DNA from: an uncultured Muribaculaceae bacterium | Lineage (GTDB): Bacteria > Bacteroidota > Bacteroidia > Bacteroidales > Muribaculaceae | DNA length: 64,000 bases | Direction of reading: 5' to 3' | Assembly (NCBI GenBank): GCA_910579675.1 | Contig: CAJTUF010000013.1 | Coordinates: 15,668 to 79,667, forward strand | Shown: piece by piece, positions 1 to 10,017 of the stretch | Position numbering within the stretch: the first letter of the stretch is position 1 | Layout: every line of letters begins with the position of its first letter | Program-made: the position numbers and the translations under genes | The notes under the pieces: model-generated | Database searches by the model: none | Told to the model about the DNA's origin: nothing | What the model saw: only the letters and a program-made list of their open reading frames with translations

Positions 1-336
1 GAGTGTGTCGAGGAGATGAGGGTGGCCTTCGAGCGCCGCCGCGACCTCGTGGTTGAACTCGCTTCGCAGATCCCCGGCCTGAAGGTCAACAAGCCCCAGG
101 GCGCTTTCTACCTCTTCCCCGAGGTGAGCAGCTACTTCGGCAAGAGCTATGGCAAGTGGACCATCAAGGATGCCCCCGACCTCTGCATGTATCTCCTCGA
201 AGAGGCCCATGTGGCAACAGTGTCGGGCGATGCCTTCTGCCTCCCCGGCTACATACGCCTGAGCTACGCCACCAGCGACGACAACATCCGCGAGGCTATG
301 CGCCGCATAGCCGACGCGCTGGCCAAACTCGCCTGA
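1..336 (+). CDS. PLP-dependent aminotransferase class I/II (aspartate aminotransferase-like), C-terminal part, 5' truncated by window
   Basis: PQGAFYLFP, VATVSGDAF and YIRLSYA motifs typical of the AspC/class I aminotransferase C-terminus. Confidence 0.85.
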   Translation, partial: ECVEEMRVAFERRRDLVVELASQIPGLKVNKPQGAFYLFPEVSSYFGKSYGKWTIKDAPDLCMYLLEEAHVATVSGDAFCLPGYIRLSYATSDDNIREAMRRIADALAKLA

Positions 337-435
337 CCTCCGGCTCCAACACGCAACAAAACTATCAAGGCGCGCCCGATGGCCTTCGCAAGGGCCTCCG
401 GGCGCGCTTTTATAAAATACCTACACTATTCATCC

Positions 436-3276
436 ATGATAACCAAAGCAATCATCCGCAGGCTGGCCACCCTGATGGTGGCCCTGATGGCGCTCGGCGC
501 CACGGCGCAGACCCTCCCTCAGCTGCCTCTCGACTCGGCTGTGGTGACAGGCACTCTGCCCAACGGCCTCACCTACTACATCCGCCACAACGAGAAGCCC
601 AAAGGGCAGGCCGACTTCTACATTGCCCAGCGCGTGGGATCAATCCTTGAGGAGGACAATCAGCGCGGCCTCGCCCACTTCCTTGAGCATATGTGTTTCA
701 ACGGCACCACCCACTTCCCCGGCAAAGGACTCATAAAGTGGCTCGAAAGCATAGGCGTGAAATTCGGCGCCAACCTCAACGCAACCACCGGTGTCGACGA
801 AACCATCTATAAGATCACCAATGTGCCTGTGGAGCGTGTGGGCGTGCAGGACTCCTGCCTCCTCATACTCCACGACTGGGCCAACGACCTTGAGCTGCTC
901 CCCGACGAGATCGACGCTGAGCGCGCCGTGATCCACGAGGAATGGCGCACCACCAACGTGGGACAGATGCGCATACTCACCGACCTGCTCCCCAAGATCT
1001 ATCCCGGCTCACGCTATGGCCACCGCCTGCCTATCGGCACCATGGAGGTGGTCGACAATTTTCCCCATCAGGCGCTCCACGACTACTATGAGCGCTGGTA
1101 CCGTCCCGACCAGCAGGGTATAATAGTGGTGGGCGACATCGACCCCGCCCGCATCGAGGCCAAGATCAAGGAGATGTTTGCCGACATTGAGATGCCCGCC
1201 GACGCTCCCGTGAGGTTCTATGAGCCTGTGCCCGACCACTCCGGCACCATCTTTGCCATAGGCCACGACTCGGAGATGCAGTTCCCGCTGGCCCAGATGA
1301 CATGGAAGCAGCCCCGCATGGAGGCCGCCCTGCGCAATTCGCCCCTCAAATATCTCAACAGCTATGTGGAGAGCATGATTGCCCAGATGCTCAACGAGCG
1401 TCTCAACGATATCGCCTCCCGCCCCGGATCGGTGTTTGCGCAGTCCTATGCAACCTTTGGCGAGTATTTCCTGGCCAAGACCGCCGACGGATTCTCGCTC
1501 ACGGTGCTCGCCCGCGACCCCGCCGACCTCGCTTCGCCCCTGGCCGCTGCCTACCGCGAGGTGCTCCGCGCATCGCGCGGCGGCTTCACCCCGAGCGAAT
1601 ATGAACGCGCCCGCTCGCGCTACCTCGCAAGCATCGAGCAGGCATATAACTCGCGCGACGCGCGCGACAACAATTCGTTTGTCCAGGATCTGGTGCGCCA
1701 CTTTGTCGACACCATTGCCGCCCCCTCCATCGAGGTTGAATATGATCTGGTAAAGAAGATTGCAGCCAATGTTGACCTCAACACCATCAATCAGGCAATA
1801 GCCGCCGCAGTGGCCCCGCCCGACAACCGCATGGTGATGGTGCTCATGCCCGATCTTCCCGCCGACTCCCCCGCCGACTATCCCACCGAGCAGAGCCTCG
1901 CCGCCGCCCTCGCCGCCGTCGATGCCGAAAACATCGAGGCGCTGGCCGATGCAGCCGCTCCAGAGCACCTCATCGAGCAGCTCCCCGCTCCCGGATCGAT
2001 CACCGCCCGCAAGGCTATGCCCGAGTTTGGCGCCGAGATGCTCACCCTCTCCAATGGTGCAACAGTGATTCTCAAGCCCACCGACATCAAAAAGGGCGAG
2101 ATTCTGTTCCGTGCCGTAGCCAAGGGTGGCACCGCGTGGCTCCCCGACTCCCTCGCCCCCTCGATCATATTCTTCGACGAAGTGATCGATCAGGCCGGCC
2201 TCGGCAAGCTGTCAAACAGCGACCTGAAAAAATATCTCGCAGGCAAGCATGTGTGGCTCAAGCTCGGCGCCAGCGACTATCTCCGCACCCTTTCGGGCGG
2301 ATCGACACCCGCCGACCTCCGCTACCTCATGGAGCTTATCTACATGACCATGACCGATGTGGCTTTCCAGCCCGACGAGTTTGAAGCCCTCCTGAGCCAG
2401 TACGACGCCCTCCTCCACAATCAGATCTCTACCCCGCAGTATGGTTTTGAGTCGGCAGTGCTCGGCAATCTTTTCCACTCGCCCAAGAAGCGCCCTCTCT
2501 CGCCCGAGATCCTCACTCAGGTGAGCCGCGACGAGCTCACCTCGATCGCAGCCGGCCTCACCGCCAATGCAGCCGACTTCACCTTCATCTTCGTCGGCGA
2601 CTTCCAGCCCGACTCCATCGCTCCCCTCATCGACAAGTATATCGCATCGCTCCCATCCGACCCCGCCAACTCTACCTCGCGTCAGGAGCTGCGCATCAAC
2701 CACGACCTCGACATGGTGTCGGGCACCGGCACCGACATCGCCACCATGCCTATGCAGACTCCCCAGACCTACGCCTATGTGGTGATGTGGGCCGATATGC
2801 CCTACTCGCAGCGCAACCAGCAGCTCGCCTCGATAGCCGGTCAGGTGCTCTCGTCGCGTCTCATCGAGATAGTGCGTGAGCGCGAGGGGGCTGTCTACTC
2901 CATCTTCGCCTCCGGATCTATGGACCGCATCGGCAATCAGAACACCACAATCGGCAGCCAGTTTCCGATGAAGCCCGAGATGCGCGAGAAGGTGCTCGGC
3001 ATCATCTGCGACCAGCTCAAGGAGCTCGCCGCAGAGGTTGATCCCGACGAGCTTGCCAAGGCCAAGGAGTATATGTCCAAGCAATACACCTCCATGCGCG
3101 ACGAAAACTCCGGATGGATGAGCGGCCTGCTCGGCGTGACCATCAATGGCATCGACACCTTCAACGGCGCCATCGAGAGCCTCAACAGCATCAGCGAGGC
3201 CGATGTGGCCAACTTTGTCAAGGCCATGCTCGACCAGGGCAACTTCCGCGCGGTGATCCTCGATCCCGCCGAGTGA
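436..3276 (+). CDS. M16 family zinc protease (PqqL/insulinase-like), secreted
   Basis: Inverted zinc motif HFLEH within GLAHFLEHMCFNGT; two M16 halves; signal peptide ending ATAQ. Start placed at ATG 436 (MITKA). Confidence 0.9.
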   Translation: MITKAIIRRLATLMVALMALGATAQTLPQLPLDSAVVTGTLPNGLTYYIRHNEKPKGQADFYIAQRVGSILEEDNQRGLAHFLEHMCFNGTTHFPGKGLIKWLESIGVKFGANLNATTGVDETIYKITNVPVERVGVQDSCLLILHDWANDLELLPDEIDAERAVIHEEWRTTNVGQMRILTDLLPKIYPGSRYGHRLPIGTMEVVDNFPHQALHDYYERWYRPDQQGIIVVGDIDPARIEAKIKEMFADIEMPADAPVRFYEPVPDHSGTIFAIGHDSEMQFPLAQMTWKQPRMEAALRNSPLKYLNSYVESMIAQMLNERLNDIASRPGSVFAQSYATFGEYFLAKTADGFSLTVLARDPADLASPLAAAYREVLRASRGGFTPSEYERARSRYLASIEQAYNSRDARDNNSFVQDLVRHFVDTIAAPSIEVEYDLVKKIAANVDLNTINQAIAAAVAPPDNRMVMVLMPDLPADSPADYPTEQSLAAALAAVDAENIEALADAAAPEHLIEQLPAPGSITARKAMPEFGAEMLTLSNGATVILKPTDIKKGEILFRAVAKGGTAWLPDSLAPSIIFFDEVIDQAGLGKLSNSDLKKYLAGKHVWLKLGASDYLRTLSGGSTPADLRYLMELIYMTMTDVAFQPDEFEALLSQYDALLHNQISTPQYGFESAVLGNLFHSPKKRPLSPEILTQVSRDELTSIAAGLTANAADFTFIFVGDFQPDSIAPLIDKYIASLPSDPANSTSRQELRINHDLDMVSGTGTDIATMPMQTPQTYAYVVMWADMPYSQRNQQLASIAGQVLSSRLIEIVREREGAVYSIFASGSMDRIGNQNTTIGSQFPMKPEMREKVLGIICDQLKELAAEVDPDELAKAKEYMSKQYTSMRDENSGWMSGLLGVTINGIDTFNGAIESLNSISEADVANFVKAMLDQGNFRAVILDPAE

Positions 3277-3295
3277 TCACTCACTCGCTCAGGAT

Positions 3296-3349
3296 AATAA
3301 AAAGCCTCCCCGCCATCTCTGGAGATCATGCTCCGGATGGCGGGGAGGC
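3296..3349. terminator. Intrinsic terminator between convergent M16 protease and nadC
   Basis: 14-bp perfect inverted repeat GCCTCCCCGCCATC (3304-3317) / GATGGCGGGGAGGC (3336-3349); the A-run on the left gives a U tail on the minus strand. Confidence 0.8.
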
Positions 3350-3392
3350 CTGTCTTATTACTATTTCAGCAGCAATGGAGCCGGTGATGGGA

Positions 3393-4241
3393 TCACTTCA
3401 CAGCCTTGAAGCTCATGTCGAGGCTCTTCACCGAGTGGGTGAGCGCGCCGACCGAGATAAAGTCAACACCGGCCTCGCCATAGGCGCGGAGGGTGTCGAT
3501 GGTGATTCCGCCAGAGCTCTCCACCTCGGCGCGGCCGCCGATGAGCTTCACAGCCTCGGCAGTGGCCTCGGGGGTGAAGTTGTCGAGCATGATGCGGTCG
3601 GCACCGGCCTCGAGAGCCTGAAGTATCTCAGGGGTGTTGCGCACCTCCACCTCGATCTTCAGATCCTTGCCCTTCTCCTTGAGATAAGCGCGGGCCGAAG
3701 CTACAGCCTGAGGGATTCCTCCGGCAAAGTCGACATGATTGTCCTTGATGAGGATCATATCGAAAAGACCGATGCGGTGGTTTGTGCCTCCGCCTATCTT
3801 CACCGCCTCCTTTTCGAGCATACGCATTCCGGGCGTGGTCTTACGGGTGTCGAGCACAGTGGTCTTGAGCCCCTTGAGGCGTTCCTGATAGCGGGTGGTA
3901 GTGGTGGCTATGCCGCTCATGCGCTGCATGATGTTGAGCATCGTGCGCTCGGCCTGCAGCAAGGAGCGCACCGGACCTTCGACCTCGAAAGCCACATCGC
4001 CTGGCTTCACATGGCTCCCGTCGGGGATCATCACCGTCATGGTGAGATCGGGATCGAGACGCTCAAACACCATGCGGGCCACCTCGACACCGGCAATGAT
4101 GCCCTCTTCCTTGATGATGAGGCGCTGACGGCCGCGGGCCGTAGCGGGAATGGTGGAGAGTGTGGTGTGGTCGCCGTCGCCTATATCTTCGGCAAATGCG
4201 AGCGACAGAAGGTCGTCGATAAGCTGCTCTTTAGTTTTCAT
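3393..4241 (-). CDS. nadC: Nicotinate-nucleotide diphosphorylase (quinolinate phosphoribosyltransferase)
   Basis: EDIGDGDHTT, DTRKTTPG, HRIGLFDMILIKDNH, IMLDNF and SGGIT motifs. Confidence 0.97.
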   Translation of the reverse strand: MKTKEQLIDDLLSLAFAEDIGDGDHTTLSTIPATARGRQRLIIKEEGIIAGVEVARMVFERLDPDLTMTVMIPDGSHVKPGDVAFEVEGPVRSLLQAERTMLNIMQRMSGIATTTTRYQERLKGLKTTVLDTRKTTPGMRMLEKEAVKIGGGTNHRIGLFDMILIKDNHVDFAGGIPQAVASARAYLKEKGKDLKIEVEVRNTPEILQALEAGADRIMLDNFTPEATAEAVKLIGGRAEVESSGGITIDTLRAYGEAGVDFISVGALTHSVKSLDMSFKAVK

Positions 4242-4274
4242 CGTTGTGGAAAAAAATGATAGGGGGATTTTTTG

Positions 4275-4292
4275 TATCTTTGTGCAAAATTA
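4275..4292. promoter_or_regulatory. Face-to-face Bacteroidetes -7 promoter boxes for rlmH (+) and nadC (-)
   Basis: TATCTTTG at 4275-4282 (+) and TAATTTTG at 4292-4285 (-), both matching TAnnTTTG. Confidence 0.6.
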
Positions 4293-4309
4293 GCAATTTC
4301 GGTCCAAAT

Positions 4310-4786
4310 ATGAAAATATGTCTGCTTGCTGTAGGGCGCACCAATGATGCCGCCATAGCCCGCGCCACATCCAACTACGCAACCCGTGTGGCTCGCTACG
4401 TCGACTTCGACATAGAGGCCGTGGCCGATGTGCGCACAACCCGCTCCACCACCGAGGAGCGTCAGCGCGAGGCCGAGGGTGCGGCTCTCCTCGCTGCCAT
4501 CAAGCCCAGCGACTTCGTCTGGCTCCTCGACGAGCATGGCCGCGAATACACCTCGCGCGGCTTCGCCACCGAGCTGCAGCGCCGCATGGCCGCCGGGGTG
4601 GCCAAGAGGATTGTGTTTGTGGTCGGAGGACCCTACGGCTTTTCCGACGCCGTAAGGCAGAGAGCCGACGCCATGCTCTCGCTCTCGCTCATGACATTTC
4701 CCCACGAGCTGGTGAGGCTTTTCTTCACCGAGCAGATCTACCGGGCAATGACCATACTCCGAGGCGAGCCTTACCATCACGACTGA
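4310..4786 (+). CDS. rlmH: 23S rRNA pseudouridine-1915 N3-methyltransferase
   Basis: LLDEHG, FVVGGPYGF, SLSLMTFPHELVRL, EQIYRA and GEPYHH motifs. Confidence 0.96.
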   Translation: MKICLLAVGRTNDAAIARATSNYATRVARYVDFDIEAVADVRTTRSTTEERQREAEGAALLAAIKPSDFVWLLDEHGREYTSRGFATELQRRMAAGVAKRIVFVVGGPYGFSDAVRQRADAMLSLSLMTFPHELVRLFFTEQIYRAMTILRGEPYHHD

Positions 4787-4832
4787 TTTTGTTTACCCTG
4801 TTGTTTACACACTTCCCACCCCTGTCATAGCT

Positions 4833-5798
4833 ATGACCATACCCGAACTTATATCGCAATCGCCCAAAGGATTCTCGATCGAGGTGCTCCCCCCTCTCAA
4901 AGGGCGAGGCATAGGTCAGCTCTTCGGCAATATTGACCGCCTGCTTGAATATGGCCCACGGTATATCAACATCACCACCCACCGGGCCGAACTCGTGTTC
5001 CGCCCCAGTGCCGACGGCCTCTACCAGCGCGTGAGCGAACGGGCACGCCCCGGCACCGTGGCCGTGGCCGCCGCCATACAGCAGCGCTACGGCATCCCCG
5101 CCGTGCCCCACATCATATGCTCGGGCTACTCCAAGATCGAGACCGAATATGCCTTGATTGATCTCAACTTCCTCGGCATAACCAACCTGCTGCTGCTACG
5201 TGGCGACAAGGCCCATCATGAGAACCGCTTCATTCCCAATCCCGACGGTCACGCCCACGCCTCAGAGCTTCAGGCTCAGGTCAACGCCTTCAATGAAGGC
5301 CTCTTCGTCGATGGCACCGAGATGGAGATCGTGAGCGGCGGCAGCCGTCCGGCGTTCAGCTATGGTGTGGCAGGCTATCCCGAGAAGCACGAGGAAGCCC
5401 CAAATGCCGACTACGATCTCAAATGGCTCCGCAACAAGGTCGATGCCGGAGCATCGTATGTGGTGACCCAGATGTGTTTCGACAATCAGAAATATTTCGA
5501 CTTCGTCGACCGCTGCCGGGCCGCCGGCATCAATGTGCCTGTCATCCCCGGCCTCAAACCCATCACCACAGCTGCGCAGCTCACCCTGCTCCCGAGGGTG
5601 TTCCACTGCGATCTCCCTTCCGATCTGGTCAAGGCTGTGGCCGATTGCAAAGGCAACCCTGCGTCGGTAAAAGAGGTGGGAGTAGAATGGCTCGTGTCTC
5701 AGATGCGCGAGCTCTATGACGCCGGAGTGCCGTCGGTCCATCTCTATTCGCTCAACGCCACCGAAAGCGTGGGCCGCGCCCTCGCCGCCATATTCTGA
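4833..5798 (+). CDS. metF: Methylenetetrahydrofolate reductase
   Basis: FSIEVLPP, LLLRGD, VAGYPEKH, KVDAGA and TQMCFD motifs. Confidence 0.93.
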   Translation: MTIPELISQSPKGFSIEVLPPLKGRGIGQLFGNIDRLLEYGPRYINITTHRAELVFRPSADGLYQRVSERARPGTVAVAAAIQQRYGIPAVPHIICSGYSKIETEYALIDLNFLGITNLLLLRGDKAHHENRFIPNPDGHAHASELQAQVNAFNEGLFVDGTEMEIVSGGSRPAFSYGVAGYPEKHEEAPNADYDLKWLRNKVDAGASYVVTQMCFDNQKYFDFVDRCRAAGINVPVIPGLKPITTAAQLTLLPRVFHCDLPSDLVKAVADCKGNPASVKEVGVEWLVSQMRELYDAGVPSVHLYSLNATESVGRALAAIF

Positions 5799-5824
5799 TC
5801 ACCCCAACCACTTCTCCTACCGCG

Positions 5825-6988
5825 ATGAGATTTGCCGACATTCCGGGCCACGACGATGTGAAGGCCCATCTGAGGAGCCTTGCCGACTCGGGCAAGCTGC
5901 CTCATGCCATGCTCCTTGAAGGCCCGTCGGGCATAGGCAAGCTATCGCTCGCCAGAGCCTTTGCCCAATATATCCACTGCACAGGACGCCGGCCCGGCGA
6001 TCCCGACAGTTGCGGCACCTGTCCGGCATGCCGCCAAAGCACGTCGCTCAATCATATCGACACCTTCTTCATCTATCCCGTGACAAAAACGGAGAAGATG
6101 GATCATGCGCCGGTAAGCGACGAGTTTGCACCCGAATGGCGCGACTACCTCTCTATCGGAGCCCCCAGACCGAGAGTGTATATGGATATAGATGCGTGGA
6201 CCGACTCCTTTGGCAAAAAAGGGGCATCGCTCATTACCTACGCATCCGAAAGCGCCGATCTCATTCGCAAGCTCTCCATAACCAGCCATGCCTCAAGCTA
6301 CAAGACGGTGGTGTGGTGGCTCCCGGAACGGATGAACACTGAGTGCTCAAACAAGCTGCTCAAGATGATCGAGGAGCCCTACGAAGGCACCTGCATGATT
6401 CTTGCCTCCGACAATCCATCGCTCCTCCTGCCAACCATCTACAGCCGTTTGCAGCGCATTAGCGTCGACCGCTATGCCGACTCAGAAATAGAGAGCTGGC
6501 TCGCATCGCGCATGGATCTCGACGCCGATGCGGCCGCCGCCGTGGCCCACAATGCACGGGGCAGCATGGGGCGGGCGCTGACGCTCGTGAGCGCCAACAC
6601 CTGGACCCGTACCCTCCTGCCCCGCTTCATGGAGCTGATGCGCCTCGCCTATCAGCGCAATGTGGCCGAGCTGAAGCGATGGAGCGCCGACATGGCCGCC
6701 GACGGCCGCGACCGCGCCGCCGCCTTCTGCGACTACGCCGCCTCGCAAGTACGCGAGAACTTTATGGCCCGCTTGGCCGGACGCGACTCCAAGCTGGTTT
6801 ATCTCACCCCCGACGAGGCCGCCTTCGCCCGTAATTTCTGCCGCTTCATCACCGAAGCCAATGCCGAGCCGCTGATACGGGAGTTTGCCGACGCACGACG
6901 CGACATCGTGGCCAACGCCAATGTGAAGATAGTGGCGTTTGACCTCGCGCTCAAAGTGATAATGCTGCTAATTCCTCCTCGCAAATGA
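5825..6988 (+). CDS. holB: DNA polymerase III subunit delta'
   Basis: PHAMLLEGPSGIGK, zinc motif C..CGTCPAC, NKLLKMIEEP and LLPTIYSR. Confidence 0.9.
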   Translation: MRFADIPGHDDVKAHLRSLADSGKLPHAMLLEGPSGIGKLSLARAFAQYIHCTGRRPGDPDSCGTCPACRQSTSLNHIDTFFIYPVTKTEKMDHAPVSDEFAPEWRDYLSIGAPRPRVYMDIDAWTDSFGKKGASLITYASESADLIRKLSITSHASSYKTVVWWLPERMNTECSNKLLKMIEEPYEGTCMILASDNPSLLLPTIYSRLQRISVDRYADSEIESWLASRMDLDADAAAAVAHNARGSMGRALTLVSANTWTRTLLPRFMELMRLAYQRNVAELKRWSADMAADGRDRAAAFCDYAASQVRENFMARLAGRDSKLVYLTPDEAAFARNFCRFITEANAEPLIREFADARRDIVANANVKIVAFDLALKVIMLLIPPRK

Positions 6989-9900
6989 CCCCCTTGCTCC
7001 GTCAGGTGGCGCGCGCCTATGCCGGCAGCCACACTCCCGACCAACTGTCGGACATATGCTTTATCTTTCCCAACAAGCGAAGCGCAACCTTTTTCCTGCG
7101 CTATCTCGATCTGGAGATGGCCTGCCCACACATCGAACCCGAGGCAACTACAATTGGTGAGTTTTTCGCATCATTGTCGCCGCTTGCCGAAGCGCCCCGC
7201 TTCATGCAGCTCTCGACCCTCTACGATGCCTACCGCACAATAGCGCCCGACAGTGCTCCCGACTTCGACCGCTTCATGTTCTGGGGAGAGATTCTGCTGG
7301 CCGACTTTGCCGATGTTGACCGCTATATGGTCAATTCCGCCGAACTCTTTTCCAACATAGAGGAGCTGCGCGAGATCAACTCGACCTATCTCACCGACGC
7401 CCAGCGCGACATCATACGCCGATACTGGGGCGAGGACGCTCCCGGCCTCAACTGGCAGCCCCACGCCGAAGGCGACGAGGCCGAGCGCTTCTGGACCCAC
7501 ATCAACCGCCCCGGCACTCACGACAATTCTGAGAAATTCGTGAGCCTATGGAGGGTGCTCCAACCGCTCTACGAACTATTCAACAAGCAGCTTGCCGCCG
7601 ACGGCTACGCCACCTCGGGCCATCTGTTCCGCAACGCCGCAACTCTCCTGTCGACCGTCGGCCCCGACGCCATACCCCACCGCGCATCCCGATATGTGTT
7701 TATCGGCTTCAATATGCTCTCCACTTCCGAGATCATGGTGTTTGACAGTATGCGCCGCACCGGGATAGCCGATTTCTATTGGGATGTGGCATCCCCTGCT
7801 TTTGCTCTCGAAGGCAACAAAGCAGGCGCATTGGCATTGCGGGGTGCCAAAATGTTTCCGTCGCTATATCCTTTGGAGGATACCGGAGAGGAGCCTGCTT
7901 TCTCCTCCCCCGAAATCGAGATTATCGGAGTTGCCTCAGGCGTAGGTCAGGCCAAGATGGCAGCCGAGCGACTGGAACAATGGCAGGCCGCAGGATATAT
8001 CGGCGCCTCGACCGACGACAGTACGGGTACCGACACTGCCGTTGTACTGGCCGACGAAACATTGCTCATGCCCGTGCTCAGCCACCTCCCCGACTCCATC
8101 GCCACCACCAATGTCACCATGGGATTCCCCATGAAGCTCACTCCGGTAGCGGCGGTGATGCGCAGCGCGGTGGCTCTCCAGCGGCGGGTGAGGATGGTCG
8201 ACGGTCGCCCTGCTTTTTTCTATGAGGATGTTGTGGGAATACTGGCTCAGCCGATAGTGCGCTCAGTTGCCCCCGAAGCTACCGACAGCATACTCCGCGA
8301 GATAGAGGAACGCCGCATATTCAGCCTCGATGCTGCCGATCTGGCTGCGCGCTATCCGGCTCTCGCCCCCATATTCAGGCCACTCGGCCGCGACGGAGAG
8401 GCCTCGCTCGACCATTCGGCCTCATACATTGAGTCGCTGATCGACCTGTTTTCGACCTATGCCACAGAGGAGGAACGCCCCGTGGAGCGGCGTTTCCTTA
8501 TGGCCTACCGCGCCGCTCTCGATGAGCTTGTGGCGGCATTCCGGCACCGCAAGGTCACCATGCGCGAAACCACCATGGCATCGCTTCTTGAGCGGGCAAT
8601 CGCCACCGCTACCGTCAATTTCACCGGCGAGCCTCTGCGCGGTGTGCAGATCATGGGCGTGCTCGAGACCCGTTCGCTCGACTTCTCCAATCTCATCATG
8701 ATGTCGATGAACGAAACCGTCTATCCGCGCCGTCATTCCAGACCGTCGTTTATCCCCGAAGCATTGCGCCATGCCTTCGGTCTACCGGGTAAGGATATAG
8801 CCGAAAGCGTGTTTGGCTACTATTTCTTCCGCCTGCTGTCGAGGGCGCGGAGAGTGGTGCTTCTCTACGATGCACGCACCGTAGGCATAGAAAAAGTCGG
8901 TGAGATGTCGCGCTATCTCGCCCAGCTCCTCTACATGTTTCCCGATCTGCAGATCAAGCATCGGGCTGCATCATTTCCCAACCTTCCCTCCGCCACCCGT
9001 CCCTCACTCAGCATTGCCAAGACACCTGAGGTGATGGAGCAGTTGCGCGAATTTATGCGCCCCGGCTCGGGACGAAACATCTCGGCTTCGTCGCTCAACT
9101 CCTATATCAACTGTCCGATGCAGTTTTATCTGGAGTCGGTGGAGGGGCTCCGCTTCAAGTCGGAGACCGAAAGCGCCGACTTCATCGACTGGTCAACTTA
9201 CGGCCAGATAGTGCATGAAGTGGCAGAGCGTATCTACAAGACCCTTGCTGCCGGGAGCGGCGACTCGACCATTCGCCCCGACGCCGCCAGGACTATAGCT
9301 GCCGACCGCCCCATGATAAGCCGATTTGTCACCGCCGCTGTCAACCGCCATTATCTCCATCTGAGTAACGGGCCCGAGGGGGGCGACCGACTCGATCCAC
9401 TCCGTGGCGAATCGAAGGTGCTCGGAGGCATAGTGGTGGATCTCATGCGACGGATGCTTACTGTCGAGGCCGATACCTTCGGTGAGTTTGTGTTTGAGGG
9501 CGCGGAGGTGAAGCTGGATGGTCCGGTGAGGTTATCGCCTGATCTGCCCCCGATCAATGTCAAGCAGGTTATCGACCGCATCGACTTTGCCGGCCCCTGT
9601 GGTTCGATGAGATTTGTCGATTACAAGACCGGAGGCGATCAACTCTCGGCAGCTTCCATCGAAGCCGCATTCGACCGCAATGCCGACAAGCGCCCCAAGG
9701 TACTCTTCCAGCTCATGTTTTACTGCCTCTGCTACTCTGAGCTCAAATCCTACAGCGGCCCTATCCAACCCTACGTCTATCTCATCCGCACCATGTTTAC
9801 CGATCCGCTCGTCCCGATGACGATAGGTAAACAACAGATTGCCGACTACCGCGACTATATCGAAACCTTCAAAGAGAATCTCACCAAAACCGTCAACGCC

Positions 9901-10008
9901 ATCTTCGACTCCACTACCCCGTTTGAGGCCCGGGTCAACGATCCGGCCTACGACGGTCACGCCTGCACCTTCTGCCGCTTCAAGGCCATCTGTTCACCCC
10001 CCGATTAA
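6985..10008 (+). CDS. AddB/RexB-like inactivated helicase with C-terminal PD-(D/E)XK nuclease
   Basis: N-terminal IFPNKRS; QIMGVLETRSLDF; SASSLNSYINCP; IDRID..VDYKTG; C-terminal CTFCRFKAIC. ATGA overlap with holB. Confidence 0.85.
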   Translation: MTPLLRQVARAYAGSHTPDQLSDICFIFPNKRSATFFLRYLDLEMACPHIEPEATTIGEFFASLSPLAEAPRFMQLSTLYDAYRTIAPDSAPDFDRFMFWGEILLADFADVDRYMVNSAELFSNIEELREINSTYLTDAQRDIIRRYWGEDAPGLNWQPHAEGDEAERFWTHINRPGTHDNSEKFVSLWRVLQPLYELFNKQLAADGYATSGHLFRNAATLLSTVGPDAIPHRASRYVFIGFNMLSTSEIMVFDSMRRTGIADFYWDVASPAFALEGNKAGALALRGAKMFPSLYPLEDTGEEPAFSSPEIEIIGVASGVGQAKMAAERLEQWQAAGYIGASTDDSTGTDTAVVLADETLLMPVLSHLPDSIATTNVTMGFPMKLTPVAAVMRSAVALQRRVRMVDGRPAFFYEDVVGILAQPIVRSVAPEATDSILREIEERRIFSLDAADLAARYPALAPIFRPLGRDGEASLDHSASYIESLIDLFSTYATEEERPVERRFLMAYRAALDELVAAFRHRKVTMRETTMASLLERAIATATVNFTGEPLRGVQIMGVLETRSLDFSNLIMMSMNETVYPRRHSRPSFIPEALRHAFGLPGKDIAESVFGYYFFRLLSRARRVVLLYDARTVGIEKVGEMSRYLAQLLYMFPDLQIKHRAASFPNLPSATRPSLSIAKTPEVMEQLREFMRPGSGRNISASSLNSYINCPMQFYLESVEGLRFKSETESADFIDWSTYGQIVHEVAERIYKTLAAGSGDSTIRPDAARTIAADRPMISRFVTAAVNRHYLHLSNGPEGGDRLDPLRGESKVLGGIVVDLMRRMLTVEADTFGEFVFEGAEVKLDGPVRLSPDLPPINVKQVIDRIDFAGPCGSMRFVDYKTGGDQLSAASIEAAFDRNADKRPKVLFQLMFYCLCYSELKSYSGPIQPYVYLIRTMFTDPLVPMTIGKQQIADYRDYIETFKENLTKTVNAIFDSTTPFEARVNDPAYDGHACTFCRFKAICSPPD

Positions 10009-10017
10009 AGCCGCGCC

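Noticed and set aside
9060..10008. Cas4 or a defence nuclease
   Set aside because: The Fe-S PD-(D/E)XK domain is fused to a long inactivated helicase in a housekeeping operon, which fits AddB.
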